37,826 bases of DNA. Source: Chiloscyllium plagiosum (lineage: Eukaryota). A model generated the notes under the pieces. It was not told the origin of the DNA, made no database searches, and worked only from the letters and a program-made list of their open reading frames with translations. How positions within the stretch are numbered: the first letter of the stretch is position 1; every line of letters begins with the position of its first letter. Below are positions 1-11,165 of this stretch, piece by piece. The stretch covers positions 43,227,789 through 43,265,614 of the forward strand of contig NC_057719.1 of NCBI RefSeq assembly GCF_004010195.1, read 5' to 3'. The position numbers and the translations under genes are program-made.

Positions 1-109
1 TCCCCAATCTTGAGTTGCTACATTTGTTCAAAATCTGTCTGCACACTGAACAAAATTTGAGTTAATAAAAAAAAGAAAGCATCCCAACGTTCATTATTAT
101 TCTTCCACT

Positions 110-200
110 ATTTGCAGTAGGACTTGAACCCAGGTATCCGGAGCACAACATGAGTCTCTGGATTACTAGTCCAAGATTCAGTATGCTATTTATTACCTTA
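110..200 (-). mobile_element. tRNA-derived SINE head fragment
   Basis: Minus strand ggactagtaatccagagac...gggttcaagtcc (B box); similar to the head at 23800-23871. Confidence 0.55.
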
Positions 201-587
201 CTCTGCAGGCTCACCATGCTCAGCTGCAACTTCTGTACAGTTGGGGATCGCAGGAATGGTGTAGGCAAAGGGGCTTGGCACTTCTAGAGTCCTGAGAAGA
301 GACTTCTGGGGTTCTTATCTGTGTGATTCCTCTCCTATCTAGGTGCCTCCTGGCACTACCCTGTCTCCTTGAGAGGAAGGAGCATTTGGAGTGAGGTCCA
401 CATTCCCCACCTCATTCTCACCTTGCCTCACTGATGCTGAACATAAATGATTAAAGCATTCTGCTGGCCCGGCTTTCCCCATGACAGCTGCCAACCCGCC
501 CATAAAGACACCAAAAGCATCTTTCAATCTAGACTACCAAGCATTTATGAGAAACTTGCCTGCTGTTCCTATGTTTATCTGTGTATG

Positions 588-1630
588 TGTACAAAGTTAA
601 AAATCACACAGCATCAGGTTATAGTCCAACAGGTTTATTTGGAAGCACTAGCCTTCAAGGCGCTACCTCTTCATCAGGTAGTTGTGGAACAGGACCATAA
701 GACAGCTTTTTATAGCAAAAGGGTTATAGTGTGATGGAGCTGTAACAATATATTAAACAAATTTAGATTAAGTCTTTCATATTTTTAAATAGGATATGCT
801 AGTTTTGGTTCTTTAATATGTAAATCCCAGAGCTCTTTTTAAGTTACATTCTCAAGGTAGCTTCAGCTTTTCTGGCAATGGATGCCATCTCAGCTCAGAC
901 AATGCAGTAAAGATGTGAGGTTAAAGTCTGTCTGTGTCCCAGTGTTGAGTCAGACTGGTTCTATTTCTAAAATGGGACTTACAGAATCTTACATGGATTT
1001 ATGCAATATATTTTTGAGCAAAATAAAATGTAATTCTGCAATACAAATTCACCCCATAAACTTGTATATGCGCACAAGCAGAGGAGACAGTGAGTGCGTG
1101 CTTGTGAATGTGAACAAGCTTGGTCAAGTAGGTGTGTGAGTGTGATGGGGTATAAGCCTGTGAGAGGGTGCATGTGTGTACGTATTGCAGAGGGTCTGTT
1201 TGAGTATGTTGGAGTGTGTGTAGTAAAGTGGGGTCTCCTGTAGTGTGACATGAACCCAAGGTCCCAGTTGAAGCTATCTCCTTAGGTACCAAACTTGGCT
1301 ATCAGCCTCTGCTCAGCTGCTTTACATTGTTGCTTGTCCCAAAGTCTGCTATGGAGGATGGTCACCCAGGGGTCCAAGGCTGCATGTCCGAATGGGAGGG
1401 AACACTCCTGGCTGGTGATTGTTGCGCGGTGTCCATTCATCCATTGTCGTAGCGTCTGTTCAGTCTCACCAATGTACCATGCCTCAGGGCATCCTTGCCT
1501 GCAGCGTATGAGAGGCAACGTTGGCCAAGTCAACAAGTACCTGCTGCGTACGTGGTGGAAGGTGTCCCCACATGGAAAGGTGGTATTTATATCGACACTG
1601 ACATATCTTGAAGTGGTACAAAGTTGTTAA
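588..1630 (-). mobile_element. Penelope-like element 3' part: GIY-YIG endonuclease remnant, 3' UTR and hammerhead-bearing terminal repeat
   Basis: ORF 1282-1536 reads IRCRQGCPEAWYIGETEQTLRQWMNGHR...EQRLIAKFGT (YIG motif, catalytic R and E). The terminal segment 588-680 matches the arms at 34904-35110. Confidence 0.85.
646..680 (-). ncRNA. Degenerate minimal hammerhead ribozyme motif (family B)
   Basis: TAC-CTGATGA-A-GAGG tagcg CCTT-GAAG-GCTA-GTG; GAAA is mutated to GAAG. Confidence 0.65.
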
Positions 1631-1964
1631 TGACCACCACCGCGGGATCATGCACACGAGTAGTCACAATGATGGTGGAGTAACACAGTGTGATAGCCTT
1701 TCTTGGTTTGCAGCATTTGAGGTTGTGCACGACTGGACTTCAAATGTGGCACTAGTAATATGAGTGACACAAGGTCCAGCAATTGTGAGCACATTTGCCT
1801 CTGCTGCCACATGATTGCATCAGTTTGGCACCACAGAGCCCTAATATACATGTTATAATGCATACAAGATTGGTTTGAGCCACAATTGGACATCTGCCAT
1901 GAAATTATATGAAAATGGGAACATTCAGTCCATACTTTCCTCCATCTTTGTGTTTCTTTGCAGA

Positions 1965-2325
1965 GGGACTGAGGGGGAACCTGACTGAGATGAGCAAAGT
2001 TATGAAGGGCTTGGATCACATAAACAGGGAGAATGTTTTTCCCCTTAGTGGAGTAACAGTTTTAAGGACAGGGGATTTAGAGAGTATTTGTGGAAACATC
2101 TTTTCACCCAGAGGATTGTGGTTTTTTGGAACTCCTTTTACATAAAAAGGTGGGAGAAGCAGGAACACTCAAGACATTTGAGAAATATTTAGATGAGCAC
2201 TTGAAAGGCAATAGCACTCAGGCAGAGTGCTTGAAAGGGTACACTGGATTAGATGTATGCTTGATGAGTGGTGCACATTTCATGAGCGGAAAGGCCTTGC
2301 TCCATGCTATAAATGCACAATGACT
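1965..2325 (+). mobile_element. Old CR1 LINE 3' fragment
   Basis: Translates to GLRGNLTEMSKVMKGLDHINRENVFPL, a CR1 ORF2 C-terminus, followed by a CR1-type 3' UTR. Confidence 0.7.
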
Positions 2326-2849
2326 TGCAGTGTGCTTTTACTGTGTTTAAAAGCATTGCATGAGGAGAACAAACCACCATCCAAGAAAACTCAGTAAAGT
2401 CGCAGCAAAGAATAGGATCAATTCAGGAATCCCTACATCTACAAATTAATTAAGCAAGTTGATGTTGGCTCTGACATTCTCTCTAAGGCCATCAGCATCA
2501 TGAACCTTTATTCTGAATATCTTTGAACCTAATCAGAGTGAAGCTTCTCATCTTCCCCACTACATCTTATATTAGCGTCCTTTCATTTACAAACCATGTT
2601 GACACAAACAATCCATTTAGATGAATGTTATTTGGTGCATCTTTGCCAATGACCATGAAGGACAACACTGGGGAGGCAGGTTCTGGCATAGGTCCCATTC
2701 TGGATTTTGTTTTTGGTATTGAAGCCTGTTACCAAACTGCTGTATCCAGAAACTCTTCTGCTTGTGCATGTTGCTGACAAGATGTATCACCATTCCCCTC
2801 TTTCACCAATTCCTCCTTTCAAAATTTAAAAGTTTGATCAACTATTAAT

Positions 2850-3135
2850 TGAATCATAGAATCTCTTGTGTGGAAGCAGGATATTGGTCCATTGAGACCA
2901 CACCAGCATTCCGAAGAGCATCCCACCCAGACCGAGACCCTATGTCTGTAATCTTGCATTTCCCATGGCTAACCCACCTAGCCTGCATATTCCTGGACAC
3001 TATGGGCAATTTAGCATGGTCAGTCCACGTAACTAGCACATCTTTGGACACCAGGAGATTGTGTAAACTCACAGCTGCCCAAAGGTGGAATCAAGCCTGG
3101 GTCCCTGGTGCTTTGAGACAGCAGTACAAACCACC
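2850..3135 (-). mobile_element. HE1-type V-SINE, degenerate
   Basis: Reverse complement of the 3762-4073 element (ggcaatttagcatgg, catctttggac). Confidence 0.75.
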
Positions 3136-3176
3136 ATTTCACCCCTTTAACTTGCATGAAAATTACAATTGCTTAA

Positions 3177-3494
3177 GTGAGGAGCATGGATAGGGTAAAT
3201 AGACAAGGGCTTTCCATGGGGTGGAGGAGTCTAAAACTAGGGTGCACAGGATTAAGATGATGGGGGAAAAAATTTAAAAGGGGTCTAAGGGGCAATTTTT
3301 TCATAGAGGGTGATGCATTTCTTAATGAGTTACCAAGCAGTAGAGACTGGTACAATTACAACATTTAAAAGGCATCTGGATGGATATATGAATAGAGTTT
3401 AAAGAGGATATGGGCCTAGATTTACTTAGGATATCTTGTGGGCATGGACAAGTTGTTCCAAGGGGTCTGTTTGCATGCTGTACATCTATGACTC
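3177..3494 (+). mobile_element. CR1 LINE 3' end
   Basis: ggcaattttttcatagagggtg...catttaaaaggcatctggatgg...ctgtacatctatgactct tail; homologous to 16000-16332. Confidence 0.85.
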
Positions 3495-3761
3495 TGGTTT
3501 TCATGATTGCTTAAACATTTCAATGAAATTAATTCTCTTCACAATTTTAATTCAAGGAAATAGAACTATGAACCCATTGTGTTGATTTTAAAAGGGAAGC
3601 AGAATTGTGAATAAGTAATATCTAGTACAGCTATCAGGGAGGGAATAGCAGGTCTCCCGAATTAAACAAAAAGATAAACAGGTGAGACACTTCCATGAAG
3701 TCATGCACTTCAAACCATTAACTTTGTTCCTCTATTCAAAGATGTTGCCAGACATCTTTGT

Positions 3762-4073
3762 GGGCGGCACGGTGGTTAGCACTGCTGCCTCACAGTGCCA
3801 GAGACCCGAGTTCAATTCCCGCCTCAGGCGACTGACTGTGTGGAGTTTGCACGTTCTCCCCATGTCTGCGTGGGTTTCCTCCGGGTGCTCCGGTTTCCTC
3901 CCACCATCCAAAGATGTGCAGGGTCAGGTGAATTAGCCATACTAAATTGCCCGTAGTGTTAGGTAAGGGGTAAATGTAGGGGTATGGGTGGGTTTCGCTT
4001 CGGCGGGTCGGTGTGGACTTGTTGGGCCGAAGGGCCTGTTTCCACTCTGTAATCTAATCTAATCTAAAAAAAA
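3762..4073 (+). mobile_element. HE1-type V-SINE, near full length and young
   Basis: tRNA-like head (ggcacggtggttagcactgctgcctcacag...gagttcaattcc), V-domain (tgtgtggagtttgcacgttctcccc...ggtttcctccgggtgctccggtttcctcccac), CR1-like tail and (TAATC)n; many CpGs retained. Confidence 0.92.
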
Positions 4074-4589
4074 CCTGAGTTTCTACAGCATTTTGATTTT
4101 AATACAATTCCAGCAAGCTTTTTCCCATGGACACTGCAACAGAAGTCAAAATTCCAAACGAAGCAAATTCAAATTTAATGGAGAAGAGGAGGGGGGAGGG
4201 AAAGAGAGCGCATGAGCAAGAGATGCACCCTATCCTCTGTGGAGCAAGTTTTCTTGCATGGTTTTTCCACGACACAACTTATTCTGGACTGTATGGCAGT
4301 CTCCAGGGATATTACAGAAAGGTCTTAGCAGCTGGTGTTGTTACTCTTGCTACGAACAAATTCTGGGTTCAGTGTATGCTCCAGCTGGGAAATAATTGGT
4401 GAAACTCGAAGCAGCTGCCATATTTAAATTAGAGATCTTACAATTACTGAAATCCCAGACTGAAGCATTCTTTATTTCAAGTCCATTTAAAACCAGCCTT
4501 GCTGTGGAAAGATACCTTTAGTTTTGTAAAGATCATTAAGCTATTCTCAATCATTCTTGTAACATGCTGAACTGTGAAGGTATTACATG

Positions 4590-4930
4590 CAATTAGCTGT
4601 ATATTATTGTTTGTAGAAGGGATTGATGGTGAGTTAATCAAAGTTTTCTAAATATTCAGAGTTTCCCTCTATTGGCCTTTTTTTTGAAAGGGCACAGTCT
4701 TAAAAACAAAGATCCAATTGTTCAATGAGAGAAAATTAGGGAACACCAACAGAAAAAAGGTGTTTGAAGTTTAGAAATCTCTCTGCAAATGGTAAATTAA
4801 TGCTATATTGGTTAAGTTTAAACCTTGAGTTGACTGTTAATACCCTTTCGGTTAAGGTATAAATCAAATGAAGATAGTGAAACTTTGGCTGCCCTGCAAT
4901 CTGTGATGCAGATGAAGGGACTAAATATTT
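4590..4930 (+). mobile_element. Highly decayed CR1 3' fragment
   Basis: gattgatggtgagttaatcaaagttttctaaat...gggcacagtcttaaaa...gatgaagggactaaat resembles other CR1 ends. Confidence 0.5.
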
Positions 4931-5194
4931 CTAACATGTGGCTTAATATGACTTTAAACATTGCTAAGAGGAGCTTAGAAGTTGAAGTTTTTCATTTTTT
5001 TCAATTTAGAAAAAAATACATTTTTGTACTTAATGCAACCAAACATTTAAACAAGATACTGTAAACAAGAATTGAAAATGACCAATTTGTGCCAAAAGTG
5101 CCAACTGATAGATTCATATAGGTAAGGAGAGGCAAACAGAAACCGTACAAACAAACTTTAATTTGTATATATTAAAAAGCAACACAGTAAATAC

Positions 5195-6517
5195 AAAAAA
5201 AGCATGTGTATATTTTTATTGAACAAATCCATTTCTCAGTAAAAAAAAACTTTGCATACAATTACAAATATCTAAAGTACATGTTAATGTTTCAGGCTTT
5301 ACGTTATTGCTTAAACATGAATAAAATGTGTTTTGTTAATGAATAATACAAAATAGATTAGTTTTAACATTTAATATAACCTAAATGCAATTTCTCTCTG
5401 GGACTTAAGTCAATAGTTACTGCTATTAATATACTGCATTTTCTTTTCTAAAGCTTTTAACTAAAGATATAAATTCTATGTAATACTGCTTGAAAAGAAT
5501 TCTGACCCCTTAATAGCTCCCAAGTAGTTTAAAAACTGGACATCTGCCATCCAAATCAGGATTCATAATCATAATTGGGTGCATACTGCAACCCAAAACT
5601 TCACAATTGTATGATATTCATTTAAATAAATAAATAACTTGTAATAACTTAGATCAACTGTCCCAATTAGAATTCAGCTTGTGCTAACTATCCAACCATC
5701 AGAAAATATGGCTTTTTATAAAATGTAACCAAGTGGCTTAATTTGAAATAAAATATGCACCTCAATGTAAATTATAAATGCTTCAATTTTTAAAATTATG
5801 CAAAACATCTTTACATTTTCAATCCTTAGCGAGCGTTGTCTTCTGTGCCCAGATTCACAGTACTCTTGTGATTACACAGAACAAAGTGGAACATTTTCAT
5901 GTCAAGTCCACAGAGAATCTAGCAAGGAAACAATTCAATACCATTATAGCACATATAAAAGTTTCATCCAATGATTTCAAAGATTATAACTCGGAATACT
6001 GTGCTTGTAAGCCAATAATGCGAGTACACTGAAAAATTCCCTTTTAAACAATTTTTTGGATTTGCCATGGAGAGATGAAAGAATTCCATTTATATGGCAA
6101 TTCTGAAATGTAACTGGTCTATTTAGACAACACAAAAGATGATCTCTACTTGGCACTAAGGAAGACATTTTATAAATCCTCTTTGAATCTTATTTTTTGA
6201 TATAGAATAATATTTCAAAATTACCTGTTCAAATAAAAATAAACAGGAAACTTTTGAAACTGTAAAAAATCTAATCCGTATTAAAATATATATTTAAAAA
6301 TGTATGAAAATATGTACCATTTTTGTTTTAACTACAAGTAGAAGAACAAACGCAATGAAAGTGTTGCGTGCAAAAGGTATTATCCGAACATTAGTGATGA
6401 CAGTATTTTGGAGACAAGATAATAAACTTTACAAAAAAAGAGATAAAACTGAAAACAGAATTGGGTAGCTATGTATTTTACAATTATCTTCCAACAGAAT
6501 GGAGAAAATTCTTAAAT
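5195..6517 (-). other. CDCA4: CDCA4 3' UTR (predicted)
   Basis: Repeat-free, very AT-rich sequence after the stop codon, ending at a canonical poly(A) signal. Confidence 0.6.
5215..5220 (-). terminator. Polyadenylation signal AATAAA
   Basis: Minus strand AATAAA followed about 20 nt later by a U/GU-rich downstream element (tttttttgtatttactgtgttgctttt). A second ATTAAA at 5157-5162 also has a GU-rich follower. Confidence 0.65.
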
Positions 6518-7354
6518 TTAGGACCCAACAATGATCTCCATGATGTGATCAAGTTCATTTAAGTCTGTTTTGCAGTTTTGGGGAGAATTTATGGGTGTTG
6601 ATGTGTGAGATGGTAAACCATTTAATAATTCAAATATGACTGGTGTTGTTTTTGGACCAGTCATCAGCCCAGACATCACTGAGTCAAGCTCATGCCAAGA
6701 AGTGTCAATATCAACAAATAGATCATCTATTGTCATATCTGTGAGAGAGCTGGAGTAATTTGCAATCTCAAAAGTCCCAAACACTTGATCCAAGGGCTTT
6801 GGACACTCCTTCAGATCCACTTGTTGCTCCTCAGATTCCAACATATTCAGATCATTTTCAAAATGTGCTTGGACCAAATCTTTTACAGCACTGGAGTCTT
6901 TAGCAGAAGCAGTAGCTGAAGAACAAGTAATATTCTCACAAGATGAACAGTTTACCTTGCTTTTAGTAAGTGTGTCGGTATTGCGGATGGAAGCAGTGGT
7001 ACTTTCTACATGTAGCTCTTTGTTTGGGCTACATAAAAAATCTGTGGCAATTAGACTATCTGAAGAAGTATGATCTATGTACAGATCACTTCCTGTGAAA
7101 GCCATTTGTCCCTGCCAACTGCAGTCTTGTATCATTTCCTCCTGAATCTGTCGCACGGTGTTGGCTATAAGCACTGAACGACAAAGATTTGGTTCCACCA
7201 CCATCTTGCAGAGCTGAAGTTTGAACAATGAGATGTTTAGAAGTGACTGGCGTTGCAAATTATATGGCAAATTAAGACTGCTACCAACAGAATCAGGGCA
7301 GGCATCTACAACTTGCTCCTCAGGAAATTTACGCTTTGTGCCTTTTCCCAACAT
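6518..7354 (-). CDS. CDCA4: Cell division cycle-associated protein 4 (SERTA-domain / TRIP-Br family transcriptional co-regulator), single coding exon, 278 aa
   Basis: Uninterrupted ORF. SERTA core YNLQRQSLLNISLFKLQLCKMVVEPNLCRSVLIANTVRQIQEEM closely matches vertebrate CDCA4 (recalled YSLQRQSLLDMSLVKLQLCHMLVEPNLCRSVLIANTVRQIQEEM). Also LDQVFGT, DDLFVDID and C-terminal CKTDLNELDHIMEIIVGS; N-terminal KRK motif; good Kozak (aacATG). Confidence 0.93.
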   Translation of the reverse strand: MLGKGTKRKFPEEQVVDACPDSVGSSLNLPYNLQRQSLLNISLFKLQLCKMVVEPNLCRSVLIANTVRQIQEEMIQDCSWQGQMAFTGSDLYIDHTSSDSLIATDFLCSPNKELHVESTTASIRNTDTLTKSKVNCSSCENITCSSATASAKDSSAVKDLVQAHFENDLNMLESEEQQVDLKECPKPLDQVFGTFEIANYSSSLTDMTIDDLFVDIDTSWHELDSVMSGLMTGPKTTPVIFELLNGLPSHTSTPINSPQNCKTDLNELDHIMEIIVGS

Positions 7355-7360
7355 GTTGAC

Positions 7361-7375
7361 CTACAAAACAAAGTT
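7361..7375 (-). other. Splice acceptor of the CDCA4 coding exon
   Basis: Minus strand reads actttgttttgtAG|gtcaacATG: pyrimidine tract plus AG, 6 nt before the start codon. Confidence 0.85.
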
Positions 7376-7711
7376 ATCACAATGAAGACTTATACTTTAA
7401 AATTCAAGACAAAATACTCTGGAATTAACCATTACTTCAGAAGACCTATTTACATTAACATATGGTTTGATAGATGCAATAATTTAGAATTTACATGGAG
7501 AGAATATTCAAATTATGCTGCACTTTTTGTTACTATCATGTCAAATAATGCTTAAATAGTGTTCTGTTAACTACTTTTAACGTAGACTTTGTGGCATATT
7601 CTTAATTTCACCAATTAATTTTATCCATCTGTTTCATCATTACTTCCAGACTGACTGAAATACAGTATTGCTATAGTAAAAGAAAACTGAAGTGAAATGC
7701 AACTGGAGGGA

Positions 7712-8006
7712 GAGTTTTGAGAAGATCTGCAGCTCCGGTTGAGATTCTGGATGTAGGTTTTCAGACTTTTCATCACCATACTAGGTAACATCAGTGAGCC
7801 TCTGGATGAAGCACTGGTGATATGGCCTGCTTTTTATGTTTCCTTGGAGTGGTGTTGCCATTTCCTGTTGTCATTTTCTGTTGTTTTTCTCAGAGGGTGG
7901 TAAATGGGATCCCACATAGACTTGGATCTCATTTACCACCCCCTGAGAAGAACAGGAAAACTTCTGAAAACGAACCTTACAGCTCAGCGAGCAAAACCTA
8001 CATCCA
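7712..8006. mobile_element. PLE-type terminal-repeat insertion with inverted halves (family C), in the CDCA4 intron
   Basis: Outer inverted segments (ctggatgtaggtttt / aaaacctacatccag) and an inner inverted repeat 7882-7912 / 7924-7954. 13-bp TSD gcaactggaggga (7699-7711) / gcaactgcaggga (8007-8019). Decayed hammerhead at 7761-7797 (minus). Confidence 0.7.
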
Positions 8007-8460
8007 GCAACTGCAGGGATTAGAATGATCAATGAATATAGGACAGTCAAAGAAACAAATATCTAAGTACTTGTATCAGCCATTATAAAGAGGATATCTG
8101 AGGTGAATCTTGAATTCATTTAAAAAGTAAAAAGCATCCCTTCATAGTTATATGGAAATTCATTGGCAACTTATTTACTTATTCCTGATTCTAAGATCAT
8201 TTTTCAGATTATTATGGCTTAAGAAAAAAAAACCTTGCTCTCGTTTTGGTGTCTAATGAATGAGCTTTACACTTTCTAGCTCTATTTCCTAAATCACTAG
8301 TATAAGCAATGAACGGAAATAACTCAAACTTAAATCTGAGGAACATCATTATCCACTTGTAACCACTGAAATAAAACCCTTAACTATTTGTTTTGCTTTC
8401 TCCCTTCTAGCTAATTCTTAATCCAGTTTACAATTTACTGCTACTAAACTCAAATGTACC

Positions 8461-8740
8461 ATAGAATCCCTACAGTGTGGAAACAGGCCCTTGGACCCTC
8501 GAAGTGTAACACACCCAGATCCATTCTCATACCTATTATCCGATATTTAGCCCTGACTAATGCACTTAACCTACACATTCCTAAACACTAAGGGCATTTT
8601 AGCATGGCCAATTCATCTAACCTGCCAATCTTTGGATTGTTGGAGGAAACCCAGGCAGACACGGAGAGTGTGCAAACTCCACACAGTCACCCAAGGTTGG
8701 AATCAAACTCTGGTCCCTGGTGCTATTAACCACCGTGACA
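8461..8740 (-). mobile_element. HE1-type V-SINE
   Basis: atagaatccctacagtgtggaaacaggccc...ggaggaaaccc...tgcaaactccacacagtcaccc...ctaaccaccgtg-like end. Confidence 0.85.
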
Positions 8741-8810
8741 TCCACACTCCATCCACTCAGTTTCCATAATCTGTTTTCTGCTCCTCCTCAAAGAATTCTT
8801 TAACATTTGT

Positions 8811-10315
8811 CATAGAGTTGTACAGCACAGAAACCCATACTGACCAGGTATCCCAACCTAACCTAGTCCCATTTGCCAGCACTTGACCCATACTCCTTTA
8901 AACCCATGCAATTCATATGCGCATCCAGATGCCTTTTAAAATGTTGTAATTTTACTAGCCTCTACACTTCCTCTGGCAGCTCATTCCATACACGCACCAC
9001 CTGTGTGTGAAAACGTTGCCCCCCGGGTCCCTTTTTATCTTTCCCTCTCTCATCATAAACCTATGCCCTCTAGTTCTGAACTCCCCCCACCCCAGGAAAA
9101 AGACCTTGTCTATTTATCCTATTCATGACCCTCATGATTTTATAAATCTGAGGTCACCCCTCAGTCCCCGGGAAAACAGCCCCAGCCTGTTCAACCTCTC
9201 CCTGTAGCTCAAATCCTCCAGCCCTGACAACATCCTTGTAAATCTTTTCTGAACCCTTTCAAGTTTTACAACACCTTTCCGGTAGGAAGGAAACCAGAAC
9301 TACATGCAATATTCCAGAAGTGGCCTAATCAATGTCTTGTACAGCCGCAACATGACCTCTCAACATCAATACTCAATACTCTGACCAATAAAGGAAAGCA
9401 TACCAAACACCCTCTTCACTCCCCTAGCTACCTGCGACTCTACTCTCAAGTAACTATGAACCTGCACTCCAAGGTCTCTTTGTTCAGCAACACTTGCCAG
9501 GACCTTACCATTAAGTGTATAAGCCCTGCTAAGATTTGCTTTGCCAACAGGCAGCACCTCGCACTTATCTAAATTAAACTCCATCTGCCGCTCCTCAGCC
9601 TATTGGCCTGATCTGATCAAAATCCTACTGTAATATGAGGCAACCTTCTTCGCTGTCCACTACACGCCCAATTTTTGTCATCTCCAAACTTACTAACTAT
9701 ACTTCCTATGTTAGTGTCCAAATCACTTATGATAAAAAGTTGTGCACCCAGCACCGACTGTTGTGGCACTCCGTTGGTCACATGCCTCCAGTCTGAAAAA
9801 CAACCCTCTACCACCTCCTTCTGTCTTGTGTTTCAGCCAGTTCTGTATCCAAATGGCTAATTCTCCCTGTATTCCTCGAGATCTAACATTGCTAACCAAT
9901 CTACCATGGGGAACCTTGTTGAACACCTTACTGAAGTCCATGTAGATCATTCTGCCCTCATCCATCCCCTTACTTTTTCAAAAAAACTCAATCAAGTTCG
10001 TGAAACACAATTTCCCATGCACAAAGGAGAAAGTGAGGACTGCAGATGCTGGAGATCAGAGCTGAAAATGTGTTGCCGGAAAAGCGCAGCAGGTCAGGCA
10101 GCATCCAAGGAACAGGAGAATCGGGCATAAGCCCGAAACGTCGATTCTCCTGTTCCTTGGATGCTGCCTAACCTGATGCGCTTTTCCAGCAACACATTTT
10201 CAGTTCCCATGCTCAAAGCCATGTTGACTATCCCTAAATCAGTCCTTGCCTTTCCAAATACATGTAAATCTTGTCCCCTCATGATTCCCTCCAATAACTT
10301 GCCCACCACCGTCAG
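8811..10315 (-). mobile_element. CR1 LINE, 5'-truncated ORF2 (RT) pseudogene with 3' tail
   Basis: Frameshifted RT segments IYMDFSKVFNKVPHGRL, NGVPQQSVLG, SKFGDD, MEFNLDKCEVL; interrupted by the insertion at 10027-10203. Confidence 0.93.
10027..10203. mobile_element. Fold-back PLE-tail insertion (family A) nested in CR1
   Basis: 62-bp inverted arms 10062-10123 / 10142-10203 (3 mismatches); the loop carries GGGCATAAGCCC-GAAACGTC; 15-bp TSD 10012-10026 / 10204-10218. Confidence 0.85.
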
Positions 10316-10864
10316 GCAAGCACAGTCTTCTCTTTTCAAATTTTTTTTTATAAAACTATTTCTGCTTTTTTCTCAAGTGACAAAACCTACTCCATATCTG
10401 GATAACAGATGACATTCCTATTTCATGTTCAGCTAACTGCCATGTAATTACCGTCAATTGCTCTGCATTTAAAAACATACAATATTTGTTGTCCTCCAGC
10501 ACAAATCCACATTGAATAGAATGCGGAGATATAACTTGTAGGGTCTTACACCTTCCATACCCAGACTAGATTGGATAAGTGGATAAAAGGTGTTGACAGG
10601 AGAACAAATAAATCATGGTTACAAGTACTGCTTGTTTGAAGACTGCTTGCTAACAAACTGATTAGCTAAAAAATAAATCAAATTTTTCCTCTTGCACCTC
10701 GCTGTCTGTTTACATCCCCAATTCACTCTCCACTTTGAGCACTTGAAGTGCGATAACATTTAAGGCTATAGACCAAGTAGGACTAGTTCATAGGGAGTAG
10801 TTTTGGCAATAAACTCCTCAATAGGTCAAACACACTCCTCTATACTGTATGATTATTAATCCAC

Positions 10865-11165
10865 AGACCACTTCTCTTACCCCACTCTGATCCACACAAT
10901 GTCAAACGCTTCCCCCTTCCCCCAGCGTTAACCGCCCTCTCCCCATAGCCTTCCCCAAACCCCCCAACTCCTTTTGCTTTCCTTTCCTCTCCTCTCCTTC
11001 GACCACGAGCCATCAAACCCACAAACTCTCCCCTCTGCCCCGTGAACACCTTCCCATGACACCCACCAAATCCAAACCCCTCCCCCCCGAAAAATAAGAA
11101 TTCCCCTCATCACAAAACCTCCCCCTTTCCCCGCCACACCTTCTCCCACATCGTTCCCCCTCCGA
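10865..11165. repeat. C-rich low-complexity tract (G-run-rich on the CDCA4 sense strand)
   Basis: Many runs of CCC to CCCCCCC with very few G on the plus strand. Confidence 0.8.

Noticed and set aside
315..460. Possible exon of a neighbouring gene (acceptor-like ttcctctcctatctag at about 327-342)
   Set aside because: All three frames stop within about 30 codons and none resembles a protein I recognise.
3690..4115. Very old PLE tail with a possible hammerhead remnant, split by the HE1 SINE
   Set aside because: gatgttgccagac|ctgagtttctacagcattttg resembles PLE tails, but the ribozyme core is too decayed to count.
4127..4402. 91-aa ATG ORF in non-repetitive sequence
   Set aside because: No family resemblance or supporting gene structure; may be regulatory DNA but I cannot support a call.
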